Of a stretch of DNA of 24,212 bases, positions 1 to 9,906 are shown in pieces. The notes below the pieces were generated by a model, which worked only from the letters and a program-made list of their open reading frames with translations, had not been told where the DNA came from and searched no databases. A program made the position numbers and the translations under genes. Source of the stretch: an uncultured delta proteobacterium (lineage in GTDB: Bacteria; Desulfobacterota; WTBG01; CAIYCZ01; CAIRTM01); assembly GCA_963804955.1 (NCBI GenBank), contig CAWDSQ010000018.1:1-24212 (forward strand). Direction: 5' to 3'. The stretch's first letter is position 1, and every line of letters starts with the position of its first letter.

Positions 1-2
1 GC

Positions 3-583
3 GCACTGAAAAACGGCGACTACACCATAAAGCCTGCTGAAGTGAAATACTGGGCGCGGGGAGAAGAAAAAGAAAGCACCTCTGTAAGTGGAGAAATAAC
101 CTTTAAAGCGGTGCGGTTTGCGCTGTTAGAAAATAATGCCACACGTATTTTCATTATTGTGTGGCGCCGCCGGCCGGTGCGGTGTCCGGCACGGGCTTTT
201 TCGTGCTCAGAAGAAAAAAGGCCCTGAGGCAGCAACAGGCTGCCGGTGGCGAGACCGGGGCAGACACGCAGGCTGCGGAGCTGTGGCAGATCTGCCGGCA
301 GAGCAAGCTCCAGGGCGACCATGCGGGATTCTGCACAGCAGCCCTCGATCTTGCGCGCATGGTTGCCCCGCAGGACAGCGCGCTTACCGGCAACCTTGCC
401 GCCATGCTTGAAAAAGTGCAGTTCGGCGGGGTTCGGCTGCCGGCCGAAGAAATTGAGCGGCTGCTGCGGCAGCTTGAAAAAAGTTCGGAGGGACTTCTGT
501 CAGGGAACAAAAAAAACGAGCCCGACTACCTAGAAATACTGCAAGTAAAACCTTGTGTTCTTGGTTGGATTAGAGTTTTTTAA
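3..583 (+). CDS. 3' part of a BatD-like membrane-anchored protein (starts before window; frameshift near 155-165, possibly another near 535)
   Basis: Frame from 3 reads ALKNGDYTIKPAEVKYWARGEEKESTSVSGEITFKAV (beta-rich, BatD-like); the next frame gives a hydrophobic stretch, FFVLRRKK and a helical tail. It lies directly upstream of moxR. Confidence 0.5.
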
Positions 584-680
584 TTTGATTGGTTCCTTTG
601 GTTTTAGTATTATTGGCCGCCGGTACAACCCGTCTGCATAGATTAAAATACAACAAAAAATTAAACGCATACAATAAACC
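553..680. repeat. Degenerate tandem-inverted array (T-rich arm, then A-rich arm)
   Basis: ggttggatt, ggttccttt and ggttttagt units are followed by A-rich aatacaac/aattaaac/aataaac units, resembling the arrays at 5227-5334 and 6343-6369. Confidence 0.4.
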
Positions 681-702
681 GAGCACTCGTTTGGAGGTTT
701 CA

Positions 703-1688
<986 letters not shown>

Positions 1689-1700
1689 GCGGGGAACAAA

Positions 1701-1783
1701 GTTTCAACTGTTTCAGCCGTTCCAACCATTTCAACGGTTAATTAAAAGGCTGAAACAGTTGAAACAGCTGAAACGGTTGAAAC
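1701..1783. repeat. 9-nt tandem-inverted repeat hairpin (4+4 units)
   Basis: gtttcaact gtttcagcc gttccaacc atttcaacg, an 11-nt centre, then ggctgaaac agttgaaac agctgaaac ggttgaaac; the right arm is the reverse complement of the left consensus. Confidence 0.9.
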
Positions 1784-1793
1784 AATTTTATTC

Positions 1794-2669
1794 ATGATTT
1801 CAAAAGACGTCTTAAAAAACATCCGCCGCATTCATATCCGCACCAATCATATCGTCAATGATATTTTTGCCGGAGAATATGAAAGCGCGTTCCGCGGCCG
1901 CGGCATGGAGTTTGAGGAAGTGCGCGAATACGCCCCCGGCGACGATGTGCGCGACATCGACTGGAATGTCACAGCACGCTTCGGCCACCCCTTTGTCAAG
2001 GTCTACCGCGAAGAGCGCGAGCTGACAATCATGCTGCTGGTGGATGTAAGCTCCTCCTGCTTTTTCGGCACGCACAAGCGGCTCAAGCAGGAGCTTGCCG
2101 CCGAGATCGCCTCTGTGCTGGCCTTCGCAGCCACGAAAAGCAATGACAAAGTGGGGCTTATTATTTTCAGCGACCATATAGAAAAATTCATCCCTCCAAA
2201 GAAGGGGAAGAACCATGTCTGGGCGGTCATCAAAAGCGTGCTTGAGCATCAGCCCGTGTCCCGCAAAACAGATATCGCCGGCGCCCTCAGCTATCTCAAC
2301 CGCGTGGCTCGGCGCAAGGCAGTCGCCTTCCTTATCTCCGATTTCATCGCCGCAGACTATGAGAAGCCTTTGCGGGTGGCGGGCAAAAAGCATGATCTCA
2401 TCCCCATCTGCATTACCGACCCGCGCGAGCTTGATCTTCCCAAAGTGGGCCTGGTTGAGCTGCAGGATGCCGAAAGCGGAGAAACCATTCTCATCGATTC
2501 CTCTGATGCCGATTTCCGCACCGGCTACGGGCTTCTTGCCCGCAAGCGCCTGCAGGACCGCTTTGACCTCTTTCGGGCATCTGGCATCGATGCCATCGAT
2601 ATCCGGACAAATGTTCCCTATATCGATCCGATCATGAAATTCTTCAGAATGCGGGAGAAACGGCTGTGA
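1794..2669 (+). CDS. DUF58 domain protein (MoxR partner)
   Basis: GEYESAFRGRGMEFEEVREYAPGDDVRDIDWNVTAR, VKVYREERELTIMLLVDVSSS and FLISDF motifs; directly after moxR. Confidence 0.93.
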   Translation: MISKDVLKNIRRIHIRTNHIVNDIFAGEYESAFRGRGMEFEEVREYAPGDDVRDIDWNVTARFGHPFVKVYREERELTIMLLVDVSSSCFFGTHKRLKQELAAEIASVLAFAATKSNDKVGLIIFSDHIEKFIPPKKGKNHVWAVIKSVLEHQPVSRKTDIAGALSYLNRVARRKAVAFLISDFIAADYEKPLRVAGKKHDLIPICITDPRELDLPKVGLVELQDAESGETILIDSSDADFRTGYGLLARKRLQDRFDLFRASGIDAIDIRTNVPYIDPIMKFFRMREKRL

Positions 2670-3910
2670 ACAAATCATCGCTGATTATAAGCATGGCAAG
2701 CCTGTGCGTGGCTGCAGCAGCTCTGGTGCTGGTATACACAACCGGCGGCAGGTCAGTTCCGGGCCAGGCCTGGACATCAGAGAACCAGCGGGAGCTTGCA
2801 AACAAGCTCAAAAGCGCGGGACTTGCGCGTCAGGCAGTTCACGAATATGAGCAGTATATCCATACTGCACGGCTCGAGCCCGGGCAGCTTGCAGGCCTGT
2901 TCTACACCATCGGCAAAATGTGCATGGAGGCCGGTGACTATGAAAAGGCCCTGGCCTGGCTCTACCGGGTAGAGCTTGCCGATCCGCAGACAAAGCTCAA
3001 GGCTGAGCTGGGATCAAGCATCATCAACTGCCTTGAGCGCACGGGCCGCCACAGCGCTGCCGAGTATGCCCTGGCCAAACGCACCTCCGCGGCGGATAAC
3101 GCCACACGTTCCGGCGGCACCGTGGTCGCTGAAATCGGCAATGACAAGGTATACCTTGAGGATATCAACGAAGCTTTTGACAATCTTCCCGACTTGATAC
3201 GCAGGCAGTTCGAAAACAAAAGCTCAAAAGCTGAATTTGCCAAAAAATATATTGCCGATGAGCTGCTGTTCCGCAAGGCGCTGAAGCTGGAGCTTGATAA
3301 GGATGCCGATATCCGGAAAAAGATGAAGATGGCTCAGCGCGAGCTTATGGTCAACCGGGTGCTTGAGTCCGAGCTGAAAGACAAGCTCAAGATCGAGGAA
3401 GATGATCTGAAAAACTACTTCGAGGCGCATAAGGCCGACTATGATCAGAAAGAAGCCGTAAAGGTAAGCTTGATCGAAGCGGTAAACCGGGAGGCGGCTG
3501 ATAAAATATTCAAAGAGCTCAAAGGCGGCAGAGATTTTAGCGCCTATGCCAAAGAAATATCCCTTAACAAAAATACGGCCAAAGACGGCGGCCGCTTCCC
3601 CAATTGGGTGCGCAGGGGCGAGGACGACCTCGGTATCGGTAGCCCCGAAGCTGTTGCAAAGGCGCTCTTTTCAGCAAAAAAGGGTGCCTTGCTCGAGCCC
3701 GTGCAGGCCGGAGAGTCCTGGTTTGTGTTCCGGATTGAGGACACGCGGGCTGAGCAGCCCACCACCTATGATGAAGCAAAAGAACGGGTAAAAAACGACT
3801 ACTCCATGCAGAAGCTCAAAAGCTCCTACCAGAGCCTGCTTGAGCAGACCCTCAAAAGCTCGGATGTGAAGCTGCACCTTGAGGCGGTTACGGGTGATGG
3901 GAAGAAATAA
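2666..3910 (+). CDS. Membrane-anchored TPR + SurA/PrsA-like parvulin peptidyl-prolyl isomerase
   Basis: N-terminal TM helix; TPR-like LFYTIGKMCMEAGDYEKALAWL; VVAEIGNDKVYLEDI; rotamase-like DFSAYAKEISLNKNTAKDGG and PVQAGESWFVFRIED. GTGA overlap with DUF58. Confidence 0.8.
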   Translation: MNKSSLIISMASLCVAAAALVLVYTTGGRSVPGQAWTSENQRELANKLKSAGLARQAVHEYEQYIHTARLEPGQLAGLFYTIGKMCMEAGDYEKALAWLYRVELADPQTKLKAELGSSIINCLERTGRHSAAEYALAKRTSAADNATRSGGTVVAEIGNDKVYLEDINEAFDNLPDLIRRQFENKSSKAEFAKKYIADELLFRKALKLELDKDADIRKKMKMAQRELMVNRVLESELKDKLKIEEDDLKNYFEAHKADYDQKEAVKVSLIEAVNREAADKIFKELKGGRDFSAYAKEISLNKNTAKDGGRFPNWVRRGEDDLGIGSPEAVAKALFSAKKGALLEPVQAGESWFVFRIEDTRAEQPTTYDEAKERVKNDYSMQKLKSSYQSLLEQTLKSSDVKLHLEAVTGDGKK

Positions 3911-3997
3911 AATTTTCAGCCAAGGATTTTTTATGCGTGAGAGCAAGTCTGCACGATATATTCAAGGATGAAGCCACTCCTGCATAATAAACGGAAA

Positions 3998-4122
3998 GTC
4001 AACGACCACCCGCATAGCGGTGGCTTGATTTCGCCCTGAAAGGGCGGAAGCAAAAAACACGGCGTGTTTGAGTTGCCTTCTTAAGGGAACCATCGCCATA
4101 GGCGATGGTTTTCGAAAGGCAA
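3998..4122. mobile_element. Putative non-autonomous IS200/IS605-like (Y1) miniature element
   Basis: GTCAACGACCACCCGC-ATA-GCGGTGGCTTG at one end and AACCATCGCC-ATA-GGCGATGGTT at the other, with two more hairpins between; no ORF. Confidence 0.5.
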
Positions 4123-4170
4123 TAAACTTATCGTAACGATTTTAAGATTTAAGCTTTGTAATCGCCTATT

Positions 4171-5241
4171 ATGCTCATCCAAACAAAAAATTTTTCCGGG
4201 CAGTATCTTCGTAGGGTGCGCTGTGCGCACCGCCTCAAATCCGACTATCTCCATCACATAAAAATCGGTGCGCGCAGCGCACCCTACCCCTGCATTTTTA
4301 TACTGTTTCTTCTCTGCCTTGCCTGCACGGGCAATAAACAGGAAGCACAGAAAAAATCCGGCATACCGCCGGTTGAGATCAGCGCCCAGACCGACCGCAC
4401 CACGGCCTCCCTCTCGGAAGCCGTCACATTTAGGCTCAGCGCCCAATATGACAAAAACATTGAGGTGAAGCTGCCTGAAGTAGGCACGCAGATTGCCGGC
4501 CTGCGCATAACCGACTTTGGCGAAGAAGGCCCCAAAAAAATCGATGACCGGCTGGTGCATAAAAAATGGTATAAGCTTCAGGCCGACATTGCAGGTTCCT
4601 ATATTATCCCCGCACAGGTCATATCGTATACCGGAGATAACGGCACGCGGGAGCTCAAAACGCCGCAGATATTCATTGAGGTTAAGTCGTCGCTCAAGCC
4701 GGGGCCTGATGCGCCGAAAGACATTATCGACATCAAAACGCTTGAAGAAGTTCCGTTCAACTGGCGGCCCTATATCTGGGCAGGCTGCGCAGCACTTGTG
4801 TTTATCTGTCTCGGCGCCGGCGGCCTCATGTATTACCGTAAACGCAAAAAGAATGCAGCCGTACTGAAAAGGCCCGCTCACATAATCGCCCTTGAAGAAA
4901 TTGAAAAACTCAAAAGCGAGCATCTCATCGAAAAAGGTGTTGTGCGCGAGCACTATTTCAGGCTCTCGGATATTTTCAGGCGCTATATCGAAAACAGGTT
5001 TTCTATACCGGCCGTTGAGCAGACCACGCAGGAGCTGCTGCCCGAGATTATGAGCCTTGACGCCATGCACACAACTGCTAAATCAGGCGCCCGGGATTTT
5101 TTGCACCATTCAGACATGGTGAAATTCGCAAAGTATGTGCCTGCTGACGATGAAGTAAAGCTTAACGAACAGAATGTTGTCAGGATAATCGACGAAACAA
5201 AAATAGAAGAGGTTCTGCAAAACAGCAGTTCGATTAGTTGA
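4171..5241 (+). CDS. Bat-operon putative lipoprotein (BatD-like Ig domain, TM helix, DUF4381-like C-terminus)
   Basis: Lipobox-like FILFLLCLAC; ISAQTDRTTASLSEAVTFRL; DIIDIK then TM helix and YYRKRKK; AHIIALEEIEKL and HYFRLSDIFRRYIENRFSIPAVEQTTQE...DMVKFAK, typical of the gene preceding batA. Confidence 0.8.
   Translation: MLIQTKNFSGQYLRRVRCAHRLKSDYLHHIKIGARSAPYPCIFILFLLCLACTGNKQEAQKKSGIPPVEISAQTDRTTASLSEAVTFRLSAQYDKNIEVKLPEVGTQIAGLRITDFGEEGPKKIDDRLVHKKWYKLQADIAGSYIIPAQVISYTGDNGTRELKTPQIFIEVKSSLKPGPDAPKDIIDIKTLEEVPFNWRPYIWAGCAALVFICLGAGGLMYYRKRKKNAAVLKRPAHIIALEEIEKLKSEHLIEKGVVREHYFRLSDIFRRYIENRFSIPAVEQTTQELLPEIMSLDAMHTTAKSGARDFLHHSDMVKFAKYVPADDEVKLNEQNVVRIIDETKIEEVLQNSSSIS
4211..4287. repeat. 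GTAG-type REP doublet (REPIN-like) inside a CDS
   Basis: GTAGGGTGCGCTGTGCGCACCG (4211-4232) and inverted copy CGGTGCGCGCAGCGCACCCTAC (4266-4287), 21/22 match. Confidence 0.9.
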
Positions 5242-5334
5242 ATTGTTTCAATTAGTTTTATTGGTTAAAAGCACCCAAACCAATCAAACGAATTGAACAA
5301 ATAAAACCAATATAACTAATAAAACCTATTAAAC
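5227..5334. repeat. 9-nt tandem-inverted repeat array
   Basis: agttcgatt agttgaatt gtttcaatt agttttatt ggtt..., then caatcaaac gaattgaac aaataaaac caatataac taataaaac ctattaaac. Confidence 0.85.
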
Positions 5335-5341
5335 AATTTTT

Positions 5342-6337
5342 ATGCTCCGTTTTCAATCACCTTGGCTGCTTCTGCTGCTTGCCGTCATCCCTCTTATGGG
5401 ATGGTACGGGCTGCGGCGTTTTGCAAGCGCGCAGATCAGGTTTTCATCGCTGAGCGTGCTTGGACAGCTAAAAACCCCGAAAACTCTCCTGTGGCGCAAG
5501 GGACTTGTGTTTCTGCGCTGCGCGGCCATGGTTCTCTTTATCATCGCCCTTGCCCGGCCACAGTCAGGCATAAAATCCACTGAGATCTCGACCGAAGGCG
5601 TCGATATCATGCTGTGCCTCGACACCTCGGGCAGCATGCAGGCCCTTGATTTCAAGGAAGACGACAACCGTGTGCCGCGCCTGCAGGTGGTGAAGCGCGT
5701 TGTGAACGATTTCATCAAGGGCCGCAAAAACGACCGCATCGGCATGGTGGTATTCGGGCAGGAGGCCTTCACCCAGTGCCCGCTCACGCTTGACTACGGC
5801 GTTCTCTTGAGCTTTCTTGAAAAAGTCCAGATTGGCATGGCCGGCGACTCCACGGCAATAGGCTCAGCACTGGCCGTATGCGTAAAAAGGCTGAAAGACC
5901 TTCAGTCGAAAGCAAAGGTTATTATTCTCCTGACCGATGGACGCCACAATGCCGGCAGCGTAACGCCTCCCACGGCAGCCGATATTGGAAAATCCTTCAA
6001 CATCAAAATCTACACTATCGGCGTGGGCACGGAGGGCGAAGCTCCGTTTCTCGTGGATTCATTCTTCGGCAAGCAGTATATCTATCAGAAAGTCGACCTG
6101 GATGAAGACACGCTCAAGGACGTGGCAAACCGCACGGGTGGAAAATACTTCAGGGCAACAAACACGGAAGCCCTTGAAAATATTTACAAGCAAATCGATG
6201 CCATGGAAAAAACCGAAGTGAAGCTCAAGGAGTACATGGAATTTGAAGAGCTGTTCGGCTGGTTTCTCGTGCCGGGGCTTGTGCTGCTGCTTCTTGAAAT
6301 ACTGTTGGCAAACACGCGACTCAGGAAAATACCATGA
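5342..6337 (+). CDS. batA: BatA-like VWA domain membrane protein
   Basis: MLRFQSPWLLLLL, ALARPQ, GVDIMLCLDTSGSM (MIDAS), DRIGMVVF, TQCPLTLD, ILLTDGRHNAG, IYTIGVG, TGGKYFRA and a C-terminal TM. Confidence 0.92.
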   Translation: MLRFQSPWLLLLLAVIPLMGWYGLRRFASAQIRFSSLSVLGQLKTPKTLLWRKGLVFLRCAAMVLFIIALARPQSGIKSTEISTEGVDIMLCLDTSGSMQALDFKEDDNRVPRLQVVKRVVNDFIKGRKNDRIGMVVFGQEAFTQCPLTLDYGVLLSFLEKVQIGMAGDSTAIGSALAVCVKRLKDLQSKAKVIILLTDGRHNAGSVTPPTAADIGKSFNIKIYTIGVGTEGEAPFLVDSFFGKQYIYQKVDLDEDTLKDVANRTGGKYFRATNTEALENIYKQIDAMEKTEVKLKEYMEFEELFGWFLVPGLVLLLLEILLANTRLRKIP

Positions 6338-6342
6338 AACCA

Positions 6343-6490
6343 AGTTCGATTAGTTGGATTGGTCGAATTAATTTTTTGTTGGGTTAAGCCCGAAAAAAAC
6401 CGTTGGGTTTCGTGCCTCAACCCAACGCAAAACAAATACTTACTTAGAAGTACTAGTACAAGGGCGAACCCAACAAATCATAATTAAATT
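6343..6490. repeat. 9-nt repeat arm plus nested palindromes (REP-like)
   Basis: agttcgatt agttggatt ggtcgaatt; TTTGTTGGGTTAAGCCC (6375-6391) pairs with GGGCGAACCCAACAAA (6462-6477); inner hairpin CGTTGGGTTTCGTGCCTCAACCCAACG (6401-6427). Confidence 0.8.
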
Positions 6491-6497
6491 ATTTTAT

Positions 6498-7508
6498 ATG
6501 GACTTTGGCAATCTAGCATATCTGTTTCTGCTCTGGCTCATACCGGCACTGGTATTCTTCTTCATGTATTCGTTTATGAAGAAGCAGCGCTGCATTCAGG
6601 AATTCTGCGGGACCGACCTGAGCCGGAAGCTGCTTCCCGAGGTGCAGCGGGGCCGCCAGAAGCTGAAGGCTCTGCTGGTCATTCTTGCCGTTCTGTTTCT
6701 TATCATGGCGCTGGTGCGCCCGCGCTGGGGCTTTCACTGGGAAGATATCAAGCGAACCGGCGTTGATGTCATGGTTGCGGTCGACGTATCCAAAAGCATG
6801 CTCGCCCGCGATATAGAGCCCAGCCGCCTCGAGCGTGCCAAGCGCAAGGTTCAGGACCTTGTGAAAATGCTCGAGGGCGACCGCATCGGCCTCATAGCCT
6901 TTGCAGGAGCCAGTTTCGTGCAGTGCCCGCTCACGCTCGACTACGGCGCGTTCAGCATGTTCCTTGACTATCTCTCGCCCGATCTGATTCCAGTGCCCGG
7001 CACGGCCATCGGCGATGCTATACGAAAAGCCGTTGAATCCTTCAGCCGGCAGGATCGCACTTCAAAAGCGCTCATCCTCATCACCGACGGCGAAGACCAT
7101 GACAGCAAGCCCCTTGAAGCTGCCGGGCTTGCCAAAAAAGAGGGTGTCCGGATATTTGCCATAGGCATCGGCAAAGAGGATGAGGGCGCGCCTATCCCCG
7201 CAGGCGAAGGCTCCGGGGGTTTTATGAAAGACAGGCAGGGGAATATGATCATGAGCAGGCTTGATGAAAAGACCCTGCAGAAAATAGCCCTTGAAACTGG
7301 CGGCAGCTATGTGCGGTCGGTCACGGGCGATCTGGACCTTGAGGCGATATACAAAAATGAGATTCGAAAAAGCATGGAGCAGAAAGAGCTGACCTCAACG
7401 CGCAAGAAACGCTGGGAAGAGCGTTTTCAGTGGTTCCTTGCCGCCGCCGTGCTCCTGCTGCTTGCCGAATTCTTTATCCGCGAAAAAAGCGCTGCCAAAG
7501 ATCAATGA
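6498..7508 (+). CDS. batB: BatB-like VWA domain membrane protein
   Basis: ALVRPRWG, DVMVAVDVSKSMLARDIEPSRLERAK, DRIGLIAFAG, LILITDGEDH, GAPIP, ERFQWFL. Confidence 0.92.
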   Translation: MDFGNLAYLFLLWLIPALVFFFMYSFMKKQRCIQEFCGTDLSRKLLPEVQRGRQKLKALLVILAVLFLIMALVRPRWGFHWEDIKRTGVDVMVAVDVSKSMLARDIEPSRLERAKRKVQDLVKMLEGDRIGLIAFAGASFVQCPLTLDYGAFSMFLDYLSPDLIPVPGTAIGDAIRKAVESFSRQDRTSKALILITDGEDHDSKPLEAAGLAKKEGVRIFAIGIGKEDEGAPIPAGEGSGGFMKDRQGNMIMSRLDEKTLQKIALETGGSYVRSVTGDLDLEAIYKNEIRKSMEQKELTSTRKKRWEERFQWFLAAAVLLLLAEFFIREKSAAKDQ

Positions 7509-7558
7509 AATAGCCTTTTAGCACTGAAACGGACCATCGAATATACCGGCGGCTGGTG

Positions 7559-9451
7559 TCATGTATTTTTTAAGACCTCTTCAAGTTCTTCCCACCGTGC
7601 ATAGACAAGCGGCAATTCCTGCTCGATCTGTTCATAGCGCGCTGTAACTTGGACGACGGCAGCACCATCCTGCCGGTAGAGCTCAGGGCTTGCAAGCCGT
7701 TCTTGCAGGGCCAGATGCTCTGCTTCCAGCTGCTCGATCAGCGCCGGCAGGGCCTCAAGCTCGCGCTGCTCCTTGAACGTAAGCTTTCGCCTGCCCGGCT
7801 GTTTTTCGCGTCGGGGTTTGGCAGCGGTTTTCTCCTGAGACTGGGCCTGCTGCAGCAGCGGCCGCTGCCGCAGCCAGTCGTCATAGCCGCCCACATACTC
7901 GCCAATGCTGCCGTCGCCTTCAAAGGCAATGGTGCTCGTGACGACATTATTAAGAAAATCGCGGTCATGGCTCACCAGCAGCACCGTGCCGGCATACTGC
8001 AAAAGCAGCTCTTCAAGAAGCTCCAGGGTCTCCACATCAAGGTCATTGGTCGGCTCGTCGAGCACCAGCAGGTTCGAGGGTTTGGTAAAAAGTTTGGCAA
8101 GCAGCAGCCGGTTGCGCTCGCCGCCCGACAGGCTGCTGACCGGGCTTCTGGCCCGCTCCGGCGCGAACAGAAAGTCCTGCAGGTAGCCGTGCACATGCCG
8201 GCTCCTGCCGGCTATGGTCACCATGGGATTGCCGCCGGCGATATTATCAAAGACGGTTTTATCTTCATCAAGCTGGCTGCGCAGCTGATCAAAATAGGCG
8301 GTCTCGATATTGGTGCCCGTGCGAACCTCGCCTGCCTGCGGCTTTAGCTGTCCCAGCAGCAGCCCGATGAGGGTTGTCTTGCCAGCGCCGTTGGGGCCGA
8401 TGATGCCGATGCGGTCCCCGCGCATGATAAGGGTTGAAAAATCCCTGATAATAGGCCTGCCGCCGTAGCCGAAAGTAGCGCCGATCACCTCGCAGACGAT
8501 TTTGCCGCTCATGCCTGCATCTACAGCGCTCATCTGCACCCTGCCCTGCACGAACCTGCGGCTGCGCCGCTGCAGGCGCATCTGCTCCAGCTCACGAACG
8601 CGGCCCTCATTGCGCGTGCGCCGCGCTCTGATGCCCTGCCTGATCCAGATTTCCTCCTGAGCGAGTTTTTTGTCAAACACCTCACGCTGGTTTTCTTCAG
8701 CCGCAAGCTCGGCCTCCCTGCGCCTGAGATAGGCATCATAATTGCCTGGCATGCTTATGAGTCTGCCGCGGTCAAGCTCCACGATGCGCGTGGCAAGGCG
8801 TCGCAGAAACATGCGGTCGTGGGTGACAAACAGAATGCTGCCTTCAAAACGCAGCAGGAAATCTTCCATCCAGCCGATAGAGTCGATGTCGAGATGGTTG
8901 GTGGGCTCGTCAAGCAGCAGCAGCCCGGGCTGCCGCACCAGGGCCCGGCCAAGCATGGTGCGGCGCTTAAGACCGGCAGACAAAGCAGCAAAAGATTCGT
9001 CAGGCGGAAGCTCAAGGCGCGAAATAACTGATGAAACCTTCTGCTCGATCTGCCAGCCGCCCTCAAGCTCCAGCCGGTGCTGCAGGTCGCCAAGGCGCCG
9101 GGTCAGACTTTCGTCATGCTCGGACTCCATACGGCGGCTCTGGGCATGATACTGCGCCACCAGCTCGCCAAGTCCGCTGATGCCGCCTGCCACAGCATCA
9201 TAGACCGTGCCCGGCATACCGCCCGGCACCTCCTGCTCCAGCAGCCCCACCCGCAGGCCCTGCCGGCATGCCAGTTCGCCCCGGTCGGGCTGCAGATCGC
9301 CGTTAATAATCCTTATGAGGCTTGATTTCCCTTCGCCATTCCGGCCCAGCAGGCATATGCGCTCACCCGGCTCGATCACCAGATCCACGCTGTCGAGAAG
9401 CTGCGGCCCGCCAAAGCTCAGACGGATGTTTTTCATGTCAATAAGTGGCAT
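7559..9451 (-). CDS. uup: ABC-F family ATPase Uup
   Basis: Two ABC domains (GRNGEGKSS, LLLLDEPTNHLD; GPNGAGKTT, LSGGERNRL, DEPTNDLD), linker WIRQGIRARRTRNEGRVR, and C-terminal coiled coil KLTFKEQRELEALP...RWEELE. Start at ATG 9451 with an AAGGA RBS. Confidence 0.93.
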   Translation of the reverse strand: MPLIDMKNIRLSFGGPQLLDSVDLVIEPGERICLLGRNGEGKSSLIRIINGDLQPDRGELACRQGLRVGLLEQEVPGGMPGTVYDAVAGGISGLGELVAQYHAQSRRMESEHDESLTRRLGDLQHRLELEGGWQIEQKVSSVISRLELPPDESFAALSAGLKRRTMLGRALVRQPGLLLLDEPTNHLDIDSIGWMEDFLLRFEGSILFVTHDRMFLRRLATRIVELDRGRLISMPGNYDAYLRRREAELAAEENQREVFDKKLAQEEIWIRQGIRARRTRNEGRVRELEQMRLQRRSRRFVQGRVQMSAVDAGMSGKIVCEVIGATFGYGGRPIIRDFSTLIMRGDRIGIIGPNGAGKTTLIGLLLGQLKPQAGEVRTGTNIETAYFDQLRSQLDEDKTVFDNIAGGNPMVTIAGRSRHVHGYLQDFLFAPERARSPVSSLSGGERNRLLLAKLFTKPSNLLVLDEPTNDLDVETLELLEELLLQYAGTVLLVSHDRDFLNNVVTSTIAFEGDGSIGEYVGGYDDWLRQRPLLQQAQSQEKTAAKPRREKQPGRRKLTFKEQRELEALPALIEQLEAEHLALQERLASPELYRQDGAAVVQVTARYEQIEQELPLVYARWEELEEVLKNT

Positions 9452-9522
9452 ACTAATCCTTTGTATACGTTTGGGGGGCCCGGCACATGGGCACTTCAAA
9501 CGAGATGTACGGAGTATTTTTC

Positions 9523-9551
9523 AGTGTATGCTATGTCAGGCTGCATTGCAA
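9523..9551 (-). promoter_or_regulatory. Putative sigma70 promoter of uup
   Basis: Minus strand TTGCAA-N17-TACACT, about 70 nt upstream of the ATG. Confidence 0.55.
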
Positions 9552-9689
9552 ATATCCTCTTAAAATCAAAAAATATGCGGCACTTCGCCAGCCTGCTCGC
9601 ACGGCCGCAATATGTACAAAACCTTGCAAACAGCAGCCCATAAGTGTACATACTAAATACAAAACTCCACAAAAGTGGGTAAAGGGAAA

Positions 9690-9768
9690 TCCCCCTTTAA
9701 CAAAGGGGGTGAGGGGGATTTATCCGAATGCAAAAAATCCCCCTGTATCCCCCTTTTTCAAAGGGGGA
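9690..9768. repeat. Inverted doublet of CCCCCTTT-n-AAAGGGGG palindromic repeats
   Basis: TCCCCCTTTAACAAAGGGGGTGAGGGGGATTT followed by AAATCCCCCTGTATCCCCCTTTTTCAAAGGGGGA (inverted relative). Confidence 0.8.
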
Positions 9769-9906
9769 TGAAACATGCTTCTTTTTTCGTATCAAATTAA
9801 TAGTGCCCCTTTATAGACGGGAGGGTGTACTGATCTTGGCTACAATCCCAACTGCGCGTTCCAGCGCTCCGGGGGCATAATCACGTATTGCGGAAAGGAA
9901 ATTTGT

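Noticed and set aside
589..702. N-terminal extensions from the ORF track (moxR from 589; also uup 9499, terC 15636, oxidase 20658)
   Set aside because: Downstream ATGs match the family N-termini and have better RBS candidates.
1701..1783. CRISPR array (GTTTCAA...TTGAAAC resembles repeat termini)
   Set aside because: Units are contiguous 9-mers in inverted arms, with no spacers and no cas genes.
3998..4122. Intact IscB/omegaRNA or TnpB locus
   Set aside because: No nuclease or transposase ORF is nearby and the element is only about 125 bp.
1812..8347. Long antisense ORFs (1812..2678, 4081..5070, 7649..8347)
   Set aside because: They are shadows of well-supported genes on the opposite strand and have no recognisable motifs.
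9487..9771. 94-aa ORF
   Set aside because: It runs through the uup promoter and a palindromic repeat (PPLTKGVRGI is the repeat translated).
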